Positions 39,624-52,931 of a stretch of 64,000 bases of DNA are shown here, piece after piece; positions within the stretch are counted from its first letter, which is position 1, and each line of letters opens with the position of its first letter. The position numbers were made by a program, and so were the translations under genes. Below the pieces are notes generated by a model. It was not told where the DNA came from and did no database searches. It saw only the letters and a program-made list of their open reading frames with translations. This DNA is from Octopus vulgaris (taxonomy: Eukaryota): positions 125,922,001 to 125,986,000 of the forward strand of contig OX597814.1 in the NCBI GenBank assembly GCA_951406725.2, in the 5' to 3' direction.

Positions 39624-40465
39624 CCAGGGGGTACCCAAAAGAAACCGGAATTTTGCAATATTATTTTATTCACTTAGTTTTACATGTTTACACTTTTATC
39701 CCCATCAAAGTGTTCTCCATTTGAAGCATTGCACCGGTCCAGACGTTTATTCCACTGTTTGAAGTAGTGCCAGAACTCTTGTGACGCAATGCCTTTTAAC
39801 TCACCCATCGTTTTTTCTTCACCTCTTCCACAACAGCAAATTCTGTAGCACCAGCTTTCATCACCAGTTCATGACACACATTCAGTCATGACTGCTTTTG
39901 AGCTGCCATGAACAAGTGAGGCACATATTTTGCTGCAACTCTTTTCATTTGCAATTCCTCACTAAAAATTCGTTGGCAGGAGCTCCAGGACACACCAGTC
40001 ATATCAATTGTTCAGTGACAGTCCTCCAAGATCAGTTCATGAATTTTCATGATGTTTTCATTCACTCAGGAGGTTGCTGGCTGTCTTGAACAAGGTTGGT
40101 TTTCAAGCAACAAGTGGCCATTCCTAGAGTGTGTAAGTCACTCATAAACTGGTGTTATGCTCATGGCAACATCCTTGTAAGCTGCATGAAGCATAACAGC
40201 CATTTCAACTGCTGTTTTTCCCAGCAGAATACAGAATTACACAGAAGCATGCTGTCCCTTCTTTTTAGCCCTGCAAAAAATTGACAAACTGGGGAGAAGC
40301 ACTGCAAAGCAGACACACCACATAGCTGTACAACCTCAGAGGACACCACTAGTTAGCAGACTGATGCCTGAGGGTTGCATCAAGTGGCTTCTAGCAGCAG
40401 AAGCTGGAACTACGACGGGCTTGTCCAACAGAGAACGTTTCCAGTTACTTTTGGGTACCTCCTCC
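39624..40465 (-). mobile_element. Internally deleted mariner DNA transposon
   Basis: TIRs CCAGGGGGTACCCAAAAGAAACCGGAA / TTCCAGTTACTTTTGGGTACCTCCTCC flanked by TA. Minus-strand N-terminal relic (LLGKTAVEMAVMLHAAYKD) and C-terminal relic (QWNKRLDRCNASNGEHFDGDK). Confidence 0.85.
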
Positions 40466-40539
40466 TATATATACACACACAGTGCACGTACACACACACA
40501 TACACATATGTATGTGTTTGTGTGTGTATAAATATATAT

Positions 40540-40690
40540 GGCATGACTGTGTGGTTAAAGAGCTTGCTTCCCAACAATGAAGTTTTAGGTTCTGTCCCCG
40601 TGTGGCACTTTGGGCAAGTGTTTTTACTATGGTCCCAGGCGAACCAAAGCTCTGTGAGTGGATTTGATAGATAAAAATTGAAAGAAGCCC
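40540..40690 (+). mobile_element. SINE family A head, ending at the fold-back element
   Basis: GACTGTGTGGTTAAAGAGCTTGCTTCCCAAC...TGAAAGAAGCCC. Confidence 0.8.
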
Positions 40691-41378
40691 AAGGAAGTGG
40701 AGTAAGTAGTAGGTATGACATATGTTTCAAAAGACATTAAATGAATTTTACATAACTTTAAAATTCTCGTCACTTTCATGTCCATTATCATAAAAGTATT
40801 CACCAAGAGAAATGAGGTAAAAATTCATACAATTTCAACAGTGGATGTTGAAATGGAGGCATGAAAAGGGTTAAGCACCCTTTCGTATTGCTGCCTTAGA
40901 AACAATCTTCAGTGAAGTGGGAAAATGTATAGCTTTAAGACAGTTAGTTCCTCATCTGTATGAAAGGAGTTTATAGGGTGGTTATGGAGAGTTCACCGGT
41001 GACTTGTATTATCACTATAATAATATTAGTCACTTATGAACTCTCTCCAGCCACCCCATAAACTCTATTCATGCAGATAAGGAACAGACTTTCTTAAAGC
41101 CATACTCCTTTCCACTTCATCAGAGTTTGTTTTTAAAGAGGCAATATGATTTGTTGCTTGACCTTGTCATACGTGCACTCCCACTTCCACTGTTGAAATT
41201 GTATGAAATTTTTTCCTCTTTCTTTTGGTAAATTCTTTTACAAAAATAAGCAACAGGTAGAAAAGCACCTGATGACAAAGAACACTGAACATCTATGAAG
41301 CATCTTTAAGTTAAATGATATTCATTTGGTGTGTCTTCTGAAACATATGCAGTACAGAACTACCTACTCCATTCCCTT
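40691..41378. mobile_element. ~690-bp imperfect rod-like fold-back element with ambisense hammerhead motifs
   Basis: Left and right halves are reverse-complementary around ~41016 (e.g. TTCATACAATTTCAACAGTGGA / TCCACTGTTGAAATTGTATGAA), with HHR motifs at both ends on opposite strands. Confidence 0.75.
41255..41365 (+). ncRNA. Type I hammerhead ribozyme motif with mutated cleavage triplet
   Basis: AGGTAG-aaaa-GCAC pairs with GTAC-agaa-CTACCT (stem I); CTGATGA at 41269-41275; extended stem II (AAGAACAC..TGAACATC / GATATTCA..GTGTGTCTT); GAAAC-ATAT-GCA at 41340-41351. Confidence 0.65.
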
Positions 41379-41671
41379 CAACCACAGATTCATTATTGCA
41401 TTATTAGTATCTTTTGCCATTATATACTGGAGTTGTCTAGTGATAGTCATCTTATTTAAATTTCTAATTTGATATGGAACATGAATATATATTGATTGAT
41501 AGGCTTTATTGATTGATTATCATCTACTTTGTGTCATCAATACAAGCCTTGTCTGTATTTGAAGCTAACCAATTGTTTATACTTCAACCATTTTGGATCT
41601 CCCTAATTTATGTATGTATAAATGTGTGCAGGTGTGTGTGTGTGTGTATGTTTTTGACCTTCTCTATGATC

Positions 41672-41785
41672 AGGTGTGGCTGTGTGGTAAGAATCTTGCT
41701 TCCCAATCACATGGTTCCAGGTTTAGTGCCTCTGCATGGCCCTTTGGGCAAGTGTCTTCTACTATAACCTTGGGCTGACTAATAC
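41672..41785 (+). mobile_element. SINE family A head
   Basis: AGGTGTGGCTGTGTGGTAAGAATCTTGCTTCCCAATCACATGG. Confidence 0.8.
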
Positions 41786-41788
41786 CTA

Positions 41789-43032
41789 ATGAGTAGAGAC
41801 TCCATAAGATGTACCTTATGTAAGCTATGGACACATAAGAGGTGTAGCAATATCAAAGAAAGGCTAAATAGGAAAGTAGTTTTTGTGTGTGGCAAATGCT
41901 CTGGGGGCAATAAACACAGAAAATGTGCAGAAAACAGCATACATCACATGCCAAGGGGAAAAAAACTAGAAGTAGTTGATAGCTTCCATTACTTGGGTGT
42001 CCAAGTCAGTAAGAGGGGGTGGATGCTCTGAGAGTGTAGCTCTAGAATAAGAATAGCCAGAACAAAGTTCAGAGAACTCCTACCTCTGTTGATGACAAAG
42101 GGCTTCTCGCTCAAAGTAAAAGGTAGACTGTATGATGCATATGTATGAACAGCCATGCTACATGGCTGTGAAATATGGGCTGTGACTGTTGAGGACATGT
42201 GTAATCTTGCAAGGAATGAAGCTAGTATGCTCCGCTAGATGTGTAACGTCAGTGTGCATACACGACAGAGTGTAAGCGCCCTGGGAGAAAAGTTGGACAT
42301 AAGAAGCATCAGATGTGGTGTGCAAGAGAGACGACTGTGCTGGTATGATCATATGTTGCATATGGATGAGGACAGCTGTGTAAAAAAGTGTCACACCCTA
42401 GCAGTAGAGGGAACTTGTGGAAGAGGTAGACCTAGGAAGAGCTGGGATGAGGTGTTGAAGCACAACATTTGAACGTTGGGCCTCACCAAGGTGATGACAA
42501 GTGACCGAGACCTTTGGAGATATGCTGTGCTTGAGAAGACCTGGCAAGCCAAGTGAGACCATAACCATGGCCAATGCCAGTGCAGCATAACCAGCCCATT
42601 TAAGAGCACCCTTCAATCATTGGGCAATAAACTGCGCTTGCAAAGACCTGTTGAGTCAAGTGAAGTCATTGTCATGGCAGATGCCAGTACTGCCTGAGTG
42701 GCACCCATGCCGGTGTCACATAAAAATAACCATTCAAACGTGGTCATTGTTAGTGCTACCTGATTGGCTCTCATGCTGGTGGCACGTAAAAACCACCATT
42801 CAAGCGTGGTCAATGCCAGTACTGCATGACTGGCCCTCATGCTGGTGGCATGTTAAAAGCACCCACTACACCCTCAGAGTGGTTGGCTTTAAGAAAGGCA
42901 TCCAGCTGTAGAAACTTTGCCAGATCAGATTGGAGCCTGGTGTAGCCTTCTGGCTTGCCAGCCCTCAGTCAAACCATCCAACCCATGCCAGCATGGAAAG
43001 TGGACGTTAAACGACAACAACAATGATGATGA
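41789..43032 (+). mobile_element. 5'-truncated RTE LINE (RT C-terminus with Cys/His finger, plus 3' UTR and tail)
   Basis: SIRCTLCKLWTHKRC...VCGKC, LEVVDSFHYLG, KGRLYDA..LHGCEIW, RRLCWYDH, GRGRPRKSW; frameshifted. Its 3' UTR matches the many GAT-tailed fragments. Confidence 0.9.
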
Positions 43033-43033
43033 G

Positions 43034-43086
<53 letters not shown>

Positions 43087-43646
43087 AGAAAAAGTCATTA
43101 AATAGTGCAAGACAGTAGTATTGCTTCCTAGTAAAAGAAAGCACCATCAAATTGTGTGTGTGTGTGTGTATAAGCACACACTTGCCCATTCATTAAAACA
43201 AACTGTGCTTTACAAAACAGAAGACTAGATATGGTTTTTGTTGATAAAGAAACTACCAAACATTAAATAATCATCACTGTTATATATATAAAGACAACAC
43301 TTTTACCTTTAAAGAATTTTGATAAAATTGGTAAGTACTCTGAAGTTAGGTTAGAACTCCCAAGACGCTGTCAAAGAAGGGCAGATGTGAAAAGAACAAT
43401 AGTCAGAGAAACTCAGCACAATTTTCTGAAAGCTTTCATTCTACCATAAACAACTTCAAATAAAAATAACACCATACAAAAATATCAATGTTGGTCAGAA
43501 TTGCTAATATTCTAAGAAAAATATTTTCTGTGTGAAGTCTTCAGATGTTACAGAGAGAAGTATTATTTTCATTTCCAATGTCTACACTGTGTATTCAGCC
43601 ATTAACAAATTTTTATTATTATTATTGTTGTTATTATTATTATTAT

Positions 43647-43696
<50 letters not shown>

Positions 43697-44384
43697 ATTT
43701 CTTGTATTTGCCTGCAGGGCAATGGCTGATGGGGACAGTTGATAAATTACAAGGACAAAGATAATTGTGGCAATTTATATACGAAGTTGAATGTGTAAAA
43801 AGAAAAATTTAGGTGAACTACAATAAATTTTTAAAAAGGATGAAATATAAAGGATAAGATATTCAAATAATGAAAATGTGATACTTCCCTTTTGATACAA
43901 GAAGATGTCCAACAAGGCTGATTGAGGAACTCTGCAGATCCAAGATCACATTGAACACCAAGGGCAAGGACCCTCTCTAAACATCTTACTGTGATTTATA
44001 AGTACATACTTAGAGTTGTCCCACCCACTCTTGGTATCTTCATAACTCACTCACATCTAAACAAATTCACTTGAAGACAGCACCTCCTTTTCTGCCTTCC
44101 CATTTCCCAAGTGAAACTTGAAACTGTTATTGACTACAAGGTACCAAGATATTAAACAGAGTACCTGGATTAAATACAGAACAATAGGTATTAAGACGAT
44201 TAAGCAAAAGGAAATCACACATATAGTTGATTGTAAAGATCTTCAATAAGGGGTAGAAACCATCCAAAATAATTCAGGGTATCCCATACAAAGCCCAAAT
44301 GACATTGATTCACAGACTGTTTAACAATCTTCTGTATTCTTTTTAAAACTTTTTCATGTACATATACAGATAATTGAATGCACA

Positions 44385-44895
44385 AGGATCCTTGAGCACA
44401 TTCCCAGCAGCTGTCAGACAATGCTGGCTGTAGGGTGCTATCACCAATGCCACAGCAAGATCCTGAGGGCTGTAGTAGACACCAGAATAGGAATGTTAAT
44501 CTAACACTTCTGCACAATGCTGGTGTGATGGTGATAATGTCAATTGCCTGAACTACCTCCATAATCTTGATTTTTCAGGTTGACTTGTAGCTGAAGGTCC
44601 CAGAAATGTTACTGCAACATTGTCAAGGCTGCACATGGTGCTGATTTCAGAAGCATCCAAGCAGGTGATTCTGTTAGAAGTCTCTGTTCCCTATGAGAAC
44701 TTTAATGGAAAGGCAAATGAGAGGAAGATCAAAATATACTGCGCTGGTGGAATTATGTCAAAACAATGAGTGGTAATGATCCCATTGAGATAGGATGCAA
44801 AGGGATAAAAGGCCAGCTCCTCTGCAGAGCCTAAAACATGAGTAGAAAGCAATCAAGTTGGCTAAGTGGGTAGTAGAGTTTGCTTCAGTGTGTCC
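44385..44895 (+). mobile_element. Decayed R2-group (Hero-like) non-LTR retrotransposon C-terminus
   Basis: LEHIPSSC..GCYHQCHSKIL (CCHC/RHD relic), then SRLHMVLISEASKQVILLEVSVPYE..ANERK..PIEIGCKG (restriction-like endonuclease relic). Confidence 0.75.
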
Positions 44896-45949
44896 CCCCT
44901 ATTCCCATCTCAAAATACATGGATACTTGTCCCTCCTGTATTGTCTTTTAGCTTTTGTTTGTTGTGTTCACTATGTGTGTGTGTGTGCATACACACACAC
45001 ACACACGCGCGCGCATAGGATATCAATCTCATAAATTTATTGTTTTTCTTCATTTCAAATTTTCTTACATATACAATGTTATGCATAATGTCATAAGCCA
45101 CTAATTTTGCACCTGAGTAAAATCACACCAGCTGAATGTATTACCTGTGTATGCCACACTTACATATATATATATATATATATCATAGCTGTTACTTTGT
45201 TGAAGAGTTTTATGTATTATTATATAAAAATATTTGCATTAATGTTGTGTGTGTATTTATACATACGTACATATATGTATGTGTGTGTGTGTGTGTCAGC
45301 ATATACACACACATGAAAATTATCAATCTCAGTTGTAGATCTATTGTTTGTCTTTGATCTCTAATTGTCCAACATACAAATAACATTATGCATATTGCTG
45401 TATGCCACAATTTCTTTTATATATCACTCCTGTGTAAATCACACTTGTATATGTCTTACCTATGTATGTCACACCTATTTATATATCACACCTATTTATA
45501 TATTACACCTGCCACCTAACAGGAGAAATTGGTTTACTGTTATGTAAAAATATCAAGTCTGTGCCATTGTGGTGCACAACAATTTGTTAAGTAAAGAAGA
45601 TATATTGCAAAAAAAGAAAAGGAAAAAGTTAATAGAAATTATGTTTGACAATTAGTACATTTAATTGTTTATAGATATTGATTACATATTTTGATGCTTA
45701 ATACAAATTATATTGATTCTGTTGTTTACTCTATCTGATGTATATCTATAATGCAGTACAGTGCATTTGAGTGTAGTAGATAAGAGTATATATAGTACTA
45801 TAAAGTACAGGACATACAATAGTGTACCATATAGCACAGCGTACTACCAAGCAGTGCAGTACTATGAATTACAATATGTTATTGTATTGTATGGTTTGCG
45901 CTGTTTTGTAGTCATATGATACTGGCATACCCTCAGTGTTGAGTATGAG

Positions 45950-46950
45950 TCTTCACCAGATATAAATTTTATGGGACTACATGTAACTGTGTAGGCCAAG
46001 TTTGGTTGCACATTGGGTATATTTTGTCCCACAGGGGAAGAGGCACTGTCATGGTCACTTTTTATGTTCATATTTATCATTGGGATATCTGGTTTGTGCT
46101 GTATTAAAGTGTTGGGCTACACCTTTGTGTTGATTATTTACCAACAATTCCCACATTCATGCTATGCTTTTTCTAATTTCTTTGAGTACATCTTTAAATC
46201 ACTTCCTTTATCTTGTATGCTCTTTCTTTTGTTCAGCTGTGAACAAAACATCTGCACATTATTTGCATGACAAGGCCAGTCTACCAATGCTGGTATCACA
46301 TAATCATGGTTTCAGTGCAGAAGATATTGACTTACTAAGGTGCTGAGCTGGCAGAAACGTTAGCACACTGGGTGAAATGCGTAGCTGTATTTCGTCTGCC
46401 ATTACATTCTGAGTTCAAATTCTGCTGAGGTCAACTTTGCCTTTCATCCTTTCGGGGTCGATTAAATAAGTACCAGTTGTGCACTGGGGTCGATATAATC
46501 GACTTAATCCGTTTGTCTGTCCTTATTTGTCCCCTTTGTGTTTAGCCCCTTGTGGGTAGTAAAGAAATAAGAAGATATTGACTTACTTAAGAATGCAGAT
46601 GTACTTCCATGTATTCTACCACTGGATATGCAAGATTTTCATGAAACATTTCTGATCGTATACAGAAATGTTGCTTATATTTGGTATAGTCTTCAGAGAC
46701 TTTGAAGAAGAATGGTTGCAATAATTACCTTAGACACCATACGTTTGGCTGTTTATCTTTGATCATAATCATCGTATACCTATTTCCTCACGTGACCAAA
46801 TGTTTAAACTTACATATTGTTTTCAGTATTAGGTCTTTTGAAATTTCTGTTCTATAGAAGGTGGCTGTGCCCTACACTTTACACCATCTGTCTGTAACAA
46901 GTGGGTTCCTGTTTCTTGCATGCTTATTGATACAAAAGCTTTTGTTTACT
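45950..46950 (-). mobile_element. Old RTE/BovB-like LINE C-terminal fragment
   Basis: Minus-strand relics DQKCFMKILHIQW, TETMIM..HW, FKDVLKE and CATKLGLHSYM in the expected order. Confidence 0.55.
46337..46569 (+). mobile_element. SINE family B, young, with 18-bp target-site duplication
   Basis: AGAAGATATTGACTTACT at 46319-46336 and 46570-46587 flanks the element; B-box-like GAGTTCAAATTC. Confidence 0.9.
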
Positions 46951-48832
46951 TATGCTGAGATTTTAGAAAATGTCATGGTTAGTTGATCTTCAGGGCATAA
47001 ATGATAACATGCAGTGCAAAAACATACTATAGTAATGCGCTATATGCTTTTGCACTGTAGAATATACAACCACTCTATTCATTACTGTATACTACCATTC
47101 TGTACTGTACAGTACCATGCAGTACATGACTACTCAGTGCAGTTCAATGCAATTATTAACACATTTTTTCTATCTTCACAGTATTTTTAACTGCTGAGCA
47201 GACTTTGGGCATTGAAATATGAAGAGTAAACAGGTTGACACCAAAAGAGTAACTGTCTATAAAACATTAGCTAAAAAATCCCCAGCCATCCTATACCTCC
47301 ATGGAAAAATGGATGTAAAAACAATGGTGATGATGAATATAATGTGAATTTTTCATATATTTGTAAGAAGATAATGAACATTAGGTTTATATTTTCAAGT
47401 GTATAGATATGTTTAGCTGTGTGTATGTGTATATTATATATACTAGTGTAACTGCCTTTAAGAAAAGGGTATTTTTTAAAAGAAATAAGCTAAAAATGGT
47501 ATTTAATAAATGCATTGACATTACATATATGTAGTACAGACTTGTAAAGCAAAAATAATTATATCTTTATTTAAAATACTTCAGCAGGTTAGATTCAGAG
47601 GGAATTAGATACGAGGAACATTTTTTTATAAAGTAATATTTTTTAGATTAAAACAATAAAAACAGTTAATTGTATAAGATTTTTTTCCAACTATCATTTT
47701 AACAAGTCAATGGTGAACCTGCACCATCAAAAATGACAGCAGTTCACACATATATTAAGCCATTCATATTCATGACTTATGCTAAGGAATGTGGAAAAAG
47801 TATGCAACATCTACAGCCCTCAGTTTAGTTACTTTAGTTCATATGTAGTGGAAATTTTCATCCCTTAAAGAAGTTGAACTAATGAAAAGTACAAGTTCAA
47901 CTTTAATTATCCCATGAATGACATTGAGATGATCATTAAGATAGATAAGTCCATGAAAGAGGTACACACTTATAATAGTACCAAGGTGGTTTATATAAAT
48001 TTGGTATTATAAAAGAAACAACAGGTTGTAATTTTTCAAAAGAAAAAACTGTTACTTAAACTGTGTATAATGTAGCAACATTAAATGAATTAATAATTTA
48101 TGAAAAGATTTAGCTGGTTTGGATCGTTGAGTAAAATAATAGTGGAGTTACAGATTTTCAGCTGAATTGTGTGATTGGGTCATTTATCATCATCATCATG
48201 TTCTTTATTCTTTATGTTCTTCAACAATATATAAATCTTACTTAAAGTAGCTCACAATTTGTAGCATCATTAAGGGTTGCTAGTGTAATTAAGAGATATC
48301 ATCATAATGAAAGTTTAACAGTGTAAATGGTATTGGTGCAATCAAGGGGTGTTTATGTAATAGTCATCAAGTTAACAATATCTTTTTTTTTTTAATAATA
48401 TCTGTAACTATTTGCTATTCTAACTGGCTGCTTCTTTTTGTAATTTCCAAACACTTTTCACAATTCTTCAATGACTTACGACTTTCCTGCCAGTGCATAT
48501 TTGCAGCTTTTACTATCATATAATTCAGATGATTTTTTTTTAATAAATTTCCCTCTTGTAGTGAATAAATACATAACCTTTTGTAAAGGTTAATGGGAAT
48601 AACAACTTTTAAGGTAAATCTTGATGTGTTGGGTTACTGTTAATAAAATAGTCTTTCACTATTTCACATCATCATGAATATTTATTGACATTTGCCAGTT
48701 TAGCTGAAATCTTCCAATTCTGCTTTATTGAAAATAATGTTTCTTAATTAAGCCACCAGTACTATTAATTTAACATCTGTAGTCAAATATAATAATTTTG
48801 ATTTTGAAGAAATTTTACAAACTGAAAAGTTT

Positions 48833-49072
48833 TCATCATCATCATCATCATCGTTTAGCGTCCGTTTTCCATGCTAGCATGGGTTGGACGGTTCAACTGG
48901 GGTCTGTGAAGCCGGAAGGCTTCATCGGGCCCAGTTAGATCTGGCAGTGTTTCTACAGCTGGATGCCCTTCCTATCGCCAACCACTCCGTGAGTGTAGTG
49001 GGTGCTTTTTACATGCCACCCGCACAGGTGCCAGACAGAGCTGGCAAACGGCCACGAACAGATGGTGCTTTT
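48833..49072 (-). mobile_element. Young RTE tail fragment
   Basis: (CAT)n tail; close match to 2171-2400. Confidence 0.85.
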
Positions 49073-49479
49073 ATAATTTATCAATATATACAAATGTTCA
49101 AATCTCAATAATATTTCTAGCAAATATAAATCTTTATATGTATATGTTTTCAAGCTATTTCAAATGAATGCTTATATATTATCATTCTTGTTTTATTTTA
49201 AAATTTTGCCTTGATCAATATCTTTAAATTGTCAGATACTAACTATAATACTAGAATAACATTGCCACATAAAATACTTGCTATGACTTTTAATTTCATG
49301 TTAGCTACCTTTCTTTCAGAGGTAACTTTTCAGGAAATAAACATAGTTATTGTAGTTTATATTACTCATTTATAAATTTGAGGAGCTTTACATATACTGG
49401 GACTCTCAATTTCTGATGACACTTCATGGCTACTTAACATATATGACATTGCAAATCTCTTCAGAATCAGAAAATATTT

Positions 49480-50000
49480 CTACTTTCATCAGCTATCAAC
49501 CCATTACAAGGCACTCACATCAAAGTACTGCCTACATATCTAGGATAGAGTTGTTGCTAGAATCATACAACCCTCTTAAACCCACATTAAAGTACTACTC
49601 ACACATCTGGGACAGTGCTACTGTTATATATACAAACATTCTGGTACCACATTTGAATTCTAGCCACATATCTGAAACATTACTACTGTTACACACGTAC
49701 ATTGGCATACACACACATGTTTTAGACACCCACCAATCTCAGTGACTAATTGATAACTATTCACCAACCAACACCCACGGTTATCCCAAGCCCACAGATG
49801 TGCTGTATCTTCCTTATTTCTTATAGAATAATTACAATGACTCCTACACTTCTAAATTCAAAAGCTGTGTATGACCACCACCACTCAGTGCATCCTACTT
49901 GTTATACTCCAAAATCTGAACTAAGCATGCATTCAATTCCTCTTTAGAAATGCAGCTCTCATGAACTTCCAACCTACTCTCATCAAAACAAGAAAACTTC
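49480..50000 (+). mobile_element. Decayed CR1/Jockey-group LINE C-terminal fragment
   Basis: LKPTLKYYSHIWDSA resembles the RPxLEYCSHIW motif; downstream AVSSL..YR relic. Confidence 0.45.
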
Positions 50001-52931
50001 AATTTTGCCCATTAACTGTACCGACCTTTAAAAAATATTCTAAAAAAATGAATATTTTCTACCTTTTCACTGATTCAAGACGAAGCTTTTTGATCTTCTC
50101 TTTTACTAACTAGAGAATCTAAATAAAATTATCCACTTGTATATAAATGTTTATTTCAATAATATTCTTCTCAAAAATGGAAATATCATTTCAATAGTTA
50201 TAATAAAAAAAGAAAAACAGCTTTATTAACAATATGTAAAAAAAAAAAAGTTGCCCTTATATATCTCATTAAAATACTGAGAGGCGTTTAAAATGTGTAA
50301 CATTGGAGATGATGCTGATTTAATCTTCTGCTGTGTATGAATATGTATGAATGAACGTAAGTGAACGTATGTAAATATGTGAGTGAGTGTATGTGTATAT
50401 GTGCAATGTCTCCATGTGTATGTGAGCATTTGTGATTATATGTATATATGTGTATGAGGAGGCATATGTTTATACACATAGGCTTGTGTGTGTATGCATG
50501 TATTAATGTTTTTACATGTGTGGGTGTGTACCTATACATGTGGGTAGGTGTTTATTTAAAAAACCATTCTTATCTATTAAATGATTATATTTAGTATATT
50601 TGTGAGATTACAGATTTATCCAGTTTTATATATATTGCATCCATTTATATTTAAATGAATGCAATCCTTTAATTCTATCATATTTATTGCTCTATTCATT
50701 GTGCCATCCATTCTACTGAAGTCAAATTCAGTGAAACTACTTTCAATATTTCCTGTTCTTACTGTAAAACATCATCGGCCTATATAAAGTTCTCCCTATT
50801 GACAACTATAATTTACTGATCTTACCACCAATTCACCTTTCAGAAATCCCATCTTTCTCTTCATTTTGTACTTTCTGACAGTAAGAGGAAAACCTCTGAC
50901 TCTCAATTGACAGAAAGGCACTTGCTGCCAACAATCGTTACCATCTGCTTACTTAGTGCTTTACTACTAAACAGCTGCCTGGTATTCTGTAGAATCTTTA
51001 ACAAAAATTCTTCCATTGAAGCTGTACTTGCCAGACATTTTAAATGTTTGTAGAATTGGCTTTGAAATGAATACAAGTGTCTTTAGAATATTGTTCTTAG
51101 ATTCTTCTTTGTTTCATAACATCTCTCTACTTAAACGTTATTTTACTATCATTGTTTATATTCACATGTATTATAGAAACTATTACGCTACTTTAACTAG
51201 CTTAGCTTCTAAATTGTTGCTGCTTCTGCTTCTCTAAAGAGGATTACATGGGTTTATTTTAATCTTTCCCCCCTCTCTCTCTCATTCTCTGTCTCTATTC
51301 ACATATCTACCTGTCTCTCTCTATGTTAGATTATTTTTCCTTGAACCTTTTATTCAAATATCTCCTCAATATTGCTATAATTAGCTGCACTGTTAGATTT
51401 TTCTTTCCCTTTGCAAATAAATTAGTTGAACAAATTTATAATAATCATACATATTACTCATATTCAAAATTTCAGTTTACTACATGGTAACAATGATTGA
51501 GTGGAGGTGGTAGTTGGTGGTTATATCAATGATGATGGAGATGATGATTATTTATTACCTATTTGTTGTTGCCATATTCCACTCCCACCCCAACTTCTTC
51601 AGTTAATTCACATATTTCTATAAAAAATCCCACTATTTATGTCATTTTCATATGAATAAATATACATGCATGCATTCAAACATGCATCTTTATATGCATG
51701 TAGATATATATGTTTGTAAGTAAAATTAGTGAGGCAGTTTTCTCTTTCTCTCAGCATACACACGCACATGAATATATTTGTAATTATATAGTCTATATGC
51801 ATTAGACATGTTTAATAGATAACAGATTGATAGGTAACCCCTATAACTAATATCAAAATATATGTATTCACTTTTATTTGCTTATAAGTGAGAAGCTGTA
51901 CAATTACTTCTTGCTACCTAAAGCTAGATCTTGCACCTCTGTAGATAACATTGAATGCATTATTATTGATAGATACACAACTTTTGATGAAATGGTTTTG
52001 CCAGTTGTTATTTCAATAGTTTATTGATAGCCACAATCTACAAGATAGCTGTGAAGTTGCTGATCACTTACTTAGTACTTTTCATTCACAGCTGCTGTTA
52101 GAGGCATGGAAGTATAATTAATTGTCATTATGAGGACAGAGATGCATGGAGGAAATGTGGACTCCACAAGCTGCAGTGTAACCAACCTGTCTAGGAGAGC
52201 AGTAACTCCAAATAGAAATTAATTTATTGTAGAGGACCTATTTGTCCTCTCTCTCATGCCAATGATATGGTAAAATGCACCTAGCCCATGCTGTAAAGTG
52301 TTTGGTGCTAGGAAGGGTGTCCAAATGTAAAATGTATGTAAAAAAAAATTGCTATACAAAACAAACTGATGTAATCAGTTTTCTCTCTATTGGTTTGTGC
52401 ATACCTGATGACAAAGGATGGGTACTGAGATGTTGGGTGATGTTTCCAACACATGCAAGTACAGAAAAAACAAAAAAACAGACTGAAAATGATGACGAAG
52501 ATGATGATGATGTACTGAAATATCACAGCCATTTATTTTATGATTTCTGGAAAATAAAATTAATTTACGGCAGATTTGAACAAGTGGTTTAACTTTTGTA
52601 CCAAAATTATTGACTTCTTAGATAGGAATAGGGCCACATATTTGTGAAGAGAGGAGAGAGAAGGGAGGAGTTGTTAACTGAATTGACTCCATTATATGAC
52701 TGCTATTTTATTACTCATAAAAGAATGATAGGTAAAAGTCAGTAAGTTAACCCTAACAGGGTTTCACTTAAAATGTACCAAGCTCTAGATAAATACTGTA
52801 AAACTAACCCCATTGTCTAACTCCATTGCAGTAGCAGCACCAGTAGTAGTGGTTGTAGTAGCAGCAGCAACATAAATACATTTCTGGGCTCATCTTTCTG
52901 AAGTCAGCTGGTAGGGCCACATTAAATGCAT

